From Fidelibacterota bacterium (GTDB lineage: Bacteria > Fidelibacterota > UBA2242 > B5-G15), in the NCBI GenBank assembly GCA_017656425.1, contig JACDNV010000007.1:67821-131820 (forward strand): 64,000 bases of DNA, in the 5' to 3' direction. A program made the translations under genes and the position numbers. The notes beneath the pieces are model-generated. The model ran no database searches. It saw only the letters and a program-made list of their open reading frames with translations, and was not told where the DNA came from. This document shows positions 57,126 through 64,000 of the stretch, piece after piece (position 1 is the first letter of the stretch; each line of letters begins with the position of its first letter).

Positions 57126-58457
57126 ATGAGAAAGTTAATAATATACATTCTATTAATATTTTCCAATCTTCTTTCCCAAGTTTTTGATATGGATTGTGCA
57201 GTCTTTAAAGGAGATGAAAACGTATCAGTGATTGAAGTGATCTTACTTATCCCACGGAATATTTTTAAGTTTGTTCGTTCTGATGATGGTTTTTATAGGG
57301 CTGACGTAGAGATACGAGTTGCTCTCAGTAAAGATGATACAGTTAAAGCGTGGGATATGTGGCGTATTGTTGATAAAACAGATGATACTACAAAGATTAA
57401 AGCTTCTCAAAAAATCCCTGAAATGACAACATTAACAATAGAGCCAGGTGAATATGAGTTGTATGGCGTAATAATAGATATGAACAAGAATATAAAATAT
57501 GTGAGAAAGGAAAAAGTTAATATCCGGTCATTTGCATCGAGAGAACCAATTATTAGCGATATTGAGCTTTGTTCGTCAATAAGTAAGACGGAGAGTAAAA
57601 ATAAATTTTCTAGATATTTTGGATATGATCTTGTTCCAAATGCAAGTTCTGTATTTGGGCTTCATGCGCCAATATTGTATCCCTATTGCGAAATTTATAA
57701 TATAAAATTTGGTGAAAATTATAGAGACCAATATTCCATTAATTACCAGATTTTAGATATAAATGACAATATTATTCAAGATTATGGGATAGTTAAAAAG
57801 AATAAACCTGGTAATTCTGTAGTAGAAATTGGTAGTGTTAATGTGAGCAGTTTAAGAAGTGGAATATATAAATTAAAAATAAGTTTTATCGATGAAGGTG
57901 ATACAATATTCGCGGTGAAAAAATTTTACGTTGTAAATGAAACAGAAGAGAAAAATGTGGAACAGCTACTTGTGGATTTTATGTATTCAGGTATGAGTGA
58001 AGAAGAACTTGACAGGATATTTGGGCCTCTTAAATATATTGCAACTGATAACGAAATAAAGAGGTATAAGAAGGCTAATATAGAGGGGAAAAGGCAGATT
58101 CTTATTCATTTTTGGGATAGCCGAGATCCTGATCCAACAACTGAGGTTAATGAGGCAAAATTGGAATTTATGAAGAGGCTGGAGTATGCCAATACTAATT
58201 TCGGGAATGCTTATACAGAAGGCTGGAAAACAGATATGGGACGTATAATAATTCAATATGGTTTCCCATCAGAAATAGAAAGGTATCCGAGTTCAATGGA
58301 GTTGAAACCGTATCAGATTTGGCACTATTATAATGTTGAAGGCGGGGTGGTATTCATATTCGTTGATAAATCAGGTTTTGGTGTTATGGAACTTGTTCAT
58401 TCTACTGCCAGGAAAGAGATCCATGATGAAGAATGGCAGCGATGGATAAACCAATAA
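57126..58457 (+). CDS. GWxTD domain protein (paralog 2)
   Basis: Signal peptide. The C-terminal motif is EGWKTDMGRIIIQYGFPSEIERYP......PYQIWHY......VFIFVDKSGFGVMELV. It starts 10 nt after the smc stop. Confidence 0.8.
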   Translation: MRKLIIYILLIFSNLLSQVFDMDCAVFKGDENVSVIEVILLIPRNIFKFVRSDDGFYRADVEIRVALSKDDTVKAWDMWRIVDKTDDTTKIKASQKIPEMTTLTIEPGEYELYGVIIDMNKNIKYVRKEKVNIRSFASREPIISDIELCSSISKTESKNKFSRYFGYDLVPNASSVFGLHAPILYPYCEIYNIKFGENYRDQYSINYQILDINDNIIQDYGIVKKNKPGNSVVEIGSVNVSSLRSGIYKLKISFIDEGDTIFAVKKFYVVNETEEKNVEQLLVDFMYSGMSEEELDRIFGPLKYIATDNEIKRYKKANIEGKRQILIHFWDSRDPDPTTEVNEAKLEFMKRLEYANTNFGNAYTEGWKTDMGRIIIQYGFPSEIERYPSSMELKPYQIWHYYNVEGGVVFIFVDKSGFGVMELVHSTARKEIHDEEWQRWINQ

Positions 58458-58475
58458 ATAGGAGGTGATATATTC

Positions 58476-59354
58476 ATGGGATTTAGATTAGGAGTTGATT
58501 TAGGCGGTACGAAGGTAAGTGTGGGACTGGTTAATAATGGCAGAATAATCGGTGATACAGAGAGATTCCTTGTTGCCGAATGTAAGGACGCCGATGATCT
58601 TGTAGAATCAATGGTTAGATCAATGGAGCAGATTCTTAAAAGGGAAAGGATAAAGTGGGAAGACATTGAAATTATCGGTATTGGATCACCGGGTCCACTT
58701 GACCCATACACTGGGGTTGTTTTAAATACTCCAAACCTTGTTATGTTAAGAAATTATCCACTGGGTCCAAGCGTGAAAGATTTGACTGGCGTAGAAACAA
58801 TTATAGATAACGATGCAAATTGTTTTACACTGGGTGAACAAATAGCAGGAAAAGCAAGAGGAATGGATTATGTGATTGGCGTTACCTTAGGTACTGGTTA
58901 TGGACTTGGATTTGTATATAAAGGCAAAATTTATAGAGGGGCTACAGGGACAGCTATGGAATATGCTCTTTCCCCTTATAAGGATGGGGTATTTGAAGAT
59001 TATATTTCGGGAAGAGGTTTGAATAAAATTTACAAAGAGCTATATAATAAGGATTTGACTCCTACACAGATATATTCCGAAGCAGAAAAAAATAATCCAA
59101 AGGCATTAAAAGCATGGGAAGAGTTTGGCAAACATTTGGGGTTTTCGCTTATCTATCTTGTAAATGTCCTTGATCCGCAAATTATAGTCATTGGTGGTTC
59201 TGTATCAAGAGGATATAGATTTTTTTATGAGTCTATGCAAAGTGAATTATATAATAGAATTCACGACAAACCACGTGAGACGCTTAAAGTAGAGTTAAGT
59301 ACACTCGGTGAGGCAGCCGGCATTATAGGATCATCGGCATTGAATCCACTTTAG
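58476..59354 (+). CDS. ROK family sugar kinase (glucokinase-like)
   Basis: LGVDLGGTKV N-terminus, IDNDANCF.LGE, GVTLGTGYG, and a C-terminal GEAAGIIGS. Confidence 0.85.
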   Translation: MGFRLGVDLGGTKVSVGLVNNGRIIGDTERFLVAECKDADDLVESMVRSMEQILKRERIKWEDIEIIGIGSPGPLDPYTGVVLNTPNLVMLRNYPLGPSVKDLTGVETIIDNDANCFTLGEQIAGKARGMDYVIGVTLGTGYGLGFVYKGKIYRGATGTAMEYALSPYKDGVFEDYISGRGLNKIYKELYNKDLTPTQIYSEAEKNNPKALKAWEEFGKHLGFSLIYLVNVLDPQIIVIGGSVSRGYRFFYESMQSELYNRIHDKPRETLKVELSTLGEAAGIIGSSALNPL

Positions 59355-60035
59355 ATGTTTAGTTCTATAATAAAAGGTCTTATTGGCTTTTTATATCCTC
59401 CATTTTGTATTTGTTGTGGAAAAAGTATAAATACATCTTTTGAGAAAGTTTGTAATAATTGTTGGGAAGGCTTGCAAAAAATCGATGGCTATAGACCGCC
59501 AAAAAAAGTCTATGTGAATTATCTTGAAGATGCTATTTCCTGTTTTGTTTTTGATACGACTCTCAAGAAATTAATTCATTTTATGAAGTATAATAAGTTT
59601 AAATCTATTGGATTCAGACTGGGATTCTTAGCAGGTGAAGAGATAAGAAGTAATTTATCATGGTTAATGAGCTACGATCTTCTAATCCCGATCCCCCTAA
59701 ATTCGGTTAAAAAGAGAGAGAGAAGTTATAATCAGTCAGAGCTCATCGCTAATGGTATCTCTGCTGTAACAGGTCTTCCAGTGAATAATAAATTATTAGT
59801 AAGAAAGAAATATACAATGTCTCAGACTAATCTTGATTTACATGAAAGGAAAATCAATGTGGAGGATGCTTTTAAGGTAGAAAAGGAGAAACATTCAATA
59901 GAAAATAAGAATATAATACTTGTTGATGACGTAATTACCACCGGTGCTACTTTGAATTTTGCTGCCAAAGAACTTGTGGAATCAGGGGCAGAAAAAGTGA
60001 TAGGGTTTGCTGTAGCTTCTCCGCTAATGCTATAA
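59355..60035 (+). CDS. comF: ComF family protein (phosphoribosyltransferase domain)
   Basis: N-terminal Cys pairs (CICCG, CNNCW) and a C-terminal PRT motif ILVDDVITTGATL. Confidence 0.85.
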   Translation: MFSSIIKGLIGFLYPPFCICCGKSINTSFEKVCNNCWEGLQKIDGYRPPKKVYVNYLEDAISCFVFDTTLKKLIHFMKYNKFKSIGFRLGFLAGEEIRSNLSWLMSYDLLIPIPLNSVKKRERSYNQSELIANGISAVTGLPVNNKLLVRKKYTMSQTNLDLHERKINVEDAFKVEKEKHSIENKNIILVDDVITTGATLNFAAKELVESGAEKVIGFAVASPLML

Positions 60036-60111
60036 ATAACTTATATCTTTCTTAAAATTGGAAAAGAAGAATTAAAAGAATAAATTTTATATGTTGAAAG
60101 GGGGTGAAATA

Positions 60112-61257
60112 ATGCTTAGAGTTGCAACCATTGAAGATATAAAAGAAGGAAAGGTAACAGATATATATTTTAAAAGGACCGAAAGAATTTTAAGAGAAAA
60201 GGGTATAGATAAAGAGGTTGTCGTAGAATTTACTGCGAAGTCACTGCCAAACGATTACAGCTGGGCGATTTTTTCGGGTTTATCAGATGTATTGAGCTTA
60301 ATGGAAGGGAAATCGTTAACAATAGAAGCAATTCCTGAGGGAAGTATTTTCATTCCTGATACTCCTGTAATGAAAATAAAAGGTAGATATCTGGATTTTG
60401 GAAAATATGAAACAACAATTCTTGGGTTAATCTGTCAGGCTTCTGGTATTGCAACTCAGTCAGCCAGGTTTTATAAAGCAGCTAAAGGTAAGCCGATACT
60501 TTCTTTTGGTACAAGAAGAATGCATCCAAGTATTTGTACAATAATAGACAGAAACGCATATATAGGAGGTTGCTCAGGAATTTCTACGAGTTTTTCTGCC
60601 GAAGTGTTAGGTATTGAGGCAACGGGGACAATACCTCATGCTTTGGTATTACTTGTAGGAGATACTGTTGAAGCAATAAAATGTTTTGATGATGTAATAC
60701 CAGTAAATGTGCCTCGAGTTGCTTTGATTGACACCTTTAACGATGAAAAATTTGAAGCTATAAGAGTAGCTGAAGCATTGGGTGACAAGCTCTACGCTAT
60801 AAGACTTGATACGCCTTCATCAAGACGTGGAAATTTTAAAAAAATATTGGAAGAGATAAGGTGGGAACTCGATATCAGAGGATATAAAGATGTTAAAATT
60901 GTAGTTTCAGGAGGTTTAAGTATAGATGATGTATCTGAATTGAGTGGTATTGCTGATATGTTCGGTGTCGGAACCAGTATCAGCAATGCACCGGTAATTG
61001 ACTTTGCTATGGATATTGTTGAAATAGGAGGTGAAAAGATTTCGAAAAAAGGGAAAAAGTCTGGTAGTAAGGATGTCTATATAGGTAATAATCCATTAGA
61101 TTTGAGTGTTTATCCCTCAGATTCCGATAATATTGAAAAAAATCTTACTAAACTAAACATCGAATATATAAGAGATGGCCGGATAGTGCATTCTGTCCCC
61201 GATGATTTTGAAATAAGAAAGTATGTTTTAAAACAGATTTCTGAATTAGAACTGTAG
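60112..61257 (+). CDS. pncB: nicotinate phosphoribosyltransferase (archaeal/Thermoplasma-like short type)
   Basis: DIYF.RT..IL, FGTRR.HP, GTIPHA and IRLDTPSSRRG motifs. The ATG at 60112 follows AGGGGGTG. Confidence 0.8.
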   Translation: MLRVATIEDIKEGKVTDIYFKRTERILREKGIDKEVVVEFTAKSLPNDYSWAIFSGLSDVLSLMEGKSLTIEAIPEGSIFIPDTPVMKIKGRYLDFGKYETTILGLICQASGIATQSARFYKAAKGKPILSFGTRRMHPSICTIIDRNAYIGGCSGISTSFSAEVLGIEATGTIPHALVLLVGDTVEAIKCFDDVIPVNVPRVALIDTFNDEKFEAIRVAEALGDKLYAIRLDTPSSRRGNFKKILEEIRWELDIRGYKDVKIVVSGGLSIDDVSELSGIADMFGVGTSISNAPVIDFAMDIVEIGGEKISKKGKKSGSKDVYIGNNPLDLSVYPSDSDNIEKNLTKLNIEYIRDGRIVHSVPDDFEIRKYVLKQISELEL

Positions 61258-61261
61258 AAAC

Positions 61262-61684
61262 ATGGAACATTTAAAATATAAATTAATTAATCATTCGTCG
61301 GATATTGGAATTAATGTATTTGGTAAAAGTTTGGCAGAACTATTTGAAAACGGAGGTTATGCTCTTTTTGATTTGATAACAGATATAACGGATGTGGACC
61401 CAAAAATAGATCGTGAGATGAGAATTAAAGCAGAACAGATAGATCTATTGTTTCACGATTGGCTTAGTGAATTATTATTTTTATTTTATGCAGAAAATAT
61501 GCTCTTTAAGCAATTTAAATTTAAGAAGCTTGATTACCATAGCCTCGAAAGTGTGATAAGTGGAGAGGTCTTTGACCCAATGAGGCATATTGTTAAGAGA
61601 GAGATAAAAAGCGTTACTTATCATAAACTTGAGGTTAAAAGGGTAGGTGGATTGTGGAGGTCCACTGTAATATTTGACGTATAA
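61262..61684 (+). CDS. archease
   Basis: 140 aa. H.SDIGI.VFG.SL.ELFENGGYALFDL, and a C-terminal KSVTYHKLEV....G.W...VIFDV. It is directly upstream of rtcB. Confidence 0.85.
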   Translation: MEHLKYKLINHSSDIGINVFGKSLAELFENGGYALFDLITDITDVDPKIDREMRIKAEQIDLLFHDWLSELLFLFYAENMLFKQFKFKKLDYHSLESVISGEVFDPMRHIVKREIKSVTYHKLEVKRVGGLWRSTVIFDV

Positions 61685-61700
61685 TTTTAGGGGACTAATA

Positions 61701-63146
61701 ATGGAAAACAGAGATTTAAAAAAGATAAATGAATTTACATGGGAAATCCCAAAAGAAGCTGGTATGCATGTGCCGGGCAGGATTTATGCCAGCGAGAAGC
61801 TATTGAAGCAAATTTTGAAGGATGAAAGCATAAAACAAGTAAAAAATGTTGCCTATTTACCAGGGATAGTTGGATATTCAATGGCAATGCCAGATATTCA
61901 TTGGGGATATGGGTTCCCTATTGGAGGTGTCGCAGCTACGGATGTAAACAATGGGGTAATTTCACCGGGAGGTGTAGGATATGATATTAATTGTGGTGTT
62001 CGTCTAATAAGGACTAATCTGGAATATAGTGATATTCAGGATAAAATTGAACATATTATAAGTGATTTATTTAGCGCTATACCAACTGGAGTAGGTTCAC
62101 ATGGAGCCATAAAAAAACTGTCGAAGCAGGAGGTGAGGAAAGTACTTTTGGAAGGGGCTGAATGGGCGGTTAAAAATGGCTATGGTAAATCTGAGGATTT
62201 AAAATTTATAGAGGAAAAGGGTAAGATCCATGATGCCGATCCAGATGTTGTTTCCAATAAAGCATATGAAAGAGGAGCTCCTCAGCTCGGGACACTTGGT
62301 TCAGGTAATCATTTCGTAGAGCTATCTGTAGTGGCTGATATTTATGACAGTAAATCCGCAAATATTTTGGGTTTGTGGAAAGATCAGGTAGTGTTTTTAA
62401 TCCATACTGGTTCGAGAGGCTTAGGATACCAAATTTGTGATGATTATTTAAGAGTTACAATTAATGCAGTAAGAAAATATGGAATAAATATCCCAGATCG
62501 TCAGCTTGCTTGTGCTCCTATCCAATCAAAAGAAGGACAGGATTATCTCTCAGCAATGAGGGCAGCTGCCAATTTTGCTTTTTCCAACAGGCAGGTTATA
62601 TCATCACTTATAGAAAACCAATTATTAAAAAGTCTAAATATATCTCCTGTTGATCTAGGGTTTCAATTAATATGGGATATTGCGCATAATATAGCAAAAA
62701 TAGAAGAACATGAATGGAAGGGAAAGAATGTAAAAGTTTGTGTGCATCGGAAAGGAGCAACTCGTGCATTTGGTCCTAATTCACCTGATTTGCCTGATAT
62801 TTATAAGTCTATAGGTCAGCCTGTTTTGGTTCCCGGAGATATGGGTACTGAGTCCTATATCTGTGTCGGAACACAACGAGCAATGGAGGAAACATTTGGT
62901 AGCTCATGTCACGGTGCTGGTCGAGTGCTATCACGAAGGCAGGCAAAGATTGAAAGCGGTAAAGTTGATTTGAATAATGAATTGAAAAAATATGGAATTT
63001 ACGTTCTGGCAGATTCTCGTGGTACTATAGCGGAAGAAATGCCACATGCCTATAAGGATGTAGGTGAAGTAGTTGACACGATGCATAAGACCGGGATTAT
63101 TAAGAAGGTAGCACGCTTGAGACCATTAGGTGTAATAAAAGGATAG
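61701..63146 (+). CDS. rtcB: RtcB family RNA 3'-phosphate/5'-OH ligase
   Basis: MPDIHWGYGFPIGGVAA, GVGYDINCGVR, GSGNHF.E, HTGSRGLG and CHGAGR motifs. The ATG at 61701 lies just after the archease stop. Confidence 0.95.
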   Translation: MENRDLKKINEFTWEIPKEAGMHVPGRIYASEKLLKQILKDESIKQVKNVAYLPGIVGYSMAMPDIHWGYGFPIGGVAATDVNNGVISPGGVGYDINCGVRLIRTNLEYSDIQDKIEHIISDLFSAIPTGVGSHGAIKKLSKQEVRKVLLEGAEWAVKNGYGKSEDLKFIEEKGKIHDADPDVVSNKAYERGAPQLGTLGSGNHFVELSVVADIYDSKSANILGLWKDQVVFLIHTGSRGLGYQICDDYLRVTINAVRKYGINIPDRQLACAPIQSKEGQDYLSAMRAAANFAFSNRQVISSLIENQLLKSLNISPVDLGFQLIWDIAHNIAKIEEHEWKGKNVKVCVHRKGATRAFGPNSPDLPDIYKSIGQPVLVPGDMGTESYICVGTQRAMEETFGSSCHGAGRVLSRRQAKIESGKVDLNNELKKYGIYVLADSRGTIAEEMPHAYKDVGEVVDTMHKTGIIKKVARLRPLGVIKG

Positions 63147-63157
63147 GGGGAAATTTT

Positions 63158-63628
63158 ATGAGAACAAAGACAATTGGATTGGTTGCTCATGATAACAGAA
63201 AAAAAGATCTAGTAGAATGGTTCAACTTTAATATTGAAACTCTTATTAGGCATAAATTTGTGTGTACTGGCACTACAGGAACTCTTTTAAAAAAAGAGGT
63301 GGAAAAAAGGTTTGGCAGTAATTTCAATTTTGAAGATAAATTTACAATTCTAAAATCAGGTCCTTTAGGAGGCGATCAGCAGCTAGGTTCGATGATTGCT
63401 GAAGGTAAAATAAATATATTGATCTTCTTGTGGGACCCAATGGAGCCAATGCCTCACGATGTGGATGTAAAAGCGCTTTTAAGACTGGCGACGTTATATA
63501 ATATACCTATTGCATGTAATAGATCAACAGCAGACTTCATCATATCATCTCCTCTTTTTGAAAGTGATTATAAGCCAATTATAAAAGATTACACAAGTTA
63601 TTTAAAAAGGAGAGTTGATTTAAACTAA
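63158..63628 (+). CDS. mgsA: methylglyoxal synthase
   Basis: IGLVAHDNRKKDLVEW, C.GTTGT.L, GPLGGDQQ.G, and FLWDP...PHD.DV.ALLR...L.NIP.A.N. Confidence 0.92.
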   Translation: MRTKTIGLVAHDNRKKDLVEWFNFNIETLIRHKFVCTGTTGTLLKKEVEKRFGSNFNFEDKFTILKSGPLGGDQQLGSMIAEGKINILIFLWDPMEPMPHDVDVKALLRLATLYNIPIACNRSTADFIISSPLFESDYKPIIKDYTSYLKRRVDLN

Positions 63629-63790
63629 AATGATTTGTGAAAAAGTCGACAGTGTTAATGGATTAATTATATAAATACATTGAATACAATTTAAAAACAA
63701 ATTTACTTATACGTATTTTTTTTATAATATTTGGTCGATTTTATTCAGTGAAGAAGGATTCTCGAATTTTGGTTTGAAAGGAGTAGTAGT

Positions 63791-64000
63791 ATGAGGGAAA
63801 TTAATGTTGGGATACTTGGAGCAACTGGTATAGTAGGTCAGTCTTTCGTTTTTCTTCTAAGCAGGCACCCATATTTTAGGATAAAAAAACTTATAGCATC
63901 GGGAAAAAGAGATGGTATGCTGTATGGTGATACGGTTAAATGGATGTTACCTGTAAACTATACAGAAGAAGTCAATAAAATTAGGCTTTATTCAATTGAT
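63791..64000 (+). CDS. asd: aspartate-semialdehyde dehydrogenase, 3' end cut by window edge
   Basis: ATG at 63791 after GGAG. My translation is MREINVGILGATGIVGQSFVFLLSRHPYF...LIASGKRDG, the N-terminal NAD(P)-binding motif of the archaeal-type ASD family. The frame is open to nt 64000. Confidence 0.75.
   Translation, partial: MREINVGILGATGIVGQSFVFLLSRHPYFRIKKLIASGKRDGMLYGDTVKWMLPVNYTEEVNKIRLYSID

Overview
Low-GC (about one-third G+C by eye) bacterial chromosome segment. It is densely coded, uses Shine-Dalgarno sites and shows standard stop codons. I support about 60 CDS and 4 tRNA genes: Arg-CCU, Pro-GGG, Cys-GCA and Leu-UAA, none with an encoded CCA. I see no rRNA, CRISPR array, transposase, integrase or reverse transcriptase. 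Most of the window is housekeeping: a rimP-nusA-infB-DUF503-rbfA-truB-ribF-rpsO-pnp-M16 peptidase block, plus smc, cysS, ddl, gmhB, obg, dprA, sufC/sufBD, ald, rsmE, mgsA and asd. A T9SS-type C-terminal sorting domain, two GWxTD proteins, a tricorn-like protease, archease/RtcB and Tat-targeted Fe-S proteins suggest an uncultivated anaerobe related to the FCB group or a candidate phylum; this placement is inference only. Two loci stand out. (1) The ferritin gene at 18153-19187 is split exactly in frame by a 504-nt cassette. The cassette is a long heptamer-built hairpin whose loop encodes a four-helix-bundle protein of the 23S-rRNA-intervening-sequence/Avd type, followed by a GC-rich CTTCGG-repeat tail, and it carries no recombinase. 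(2) A minus-strand four-gene cluster at 2889-8086 encodes a radical SAM enzyme and a fused Memo-AMMECR1 protein (the AmmeMemoRadiSam trio). Both carry export signals, and they sit next to a Tat-signal DUF362 protein and a fused NapH/NapG-like membrane polyferredoxin. Together these suggest an extracytoplasmic version of that unexplained system. All calls come from reading motifs in the supplied translations; no database search was run.
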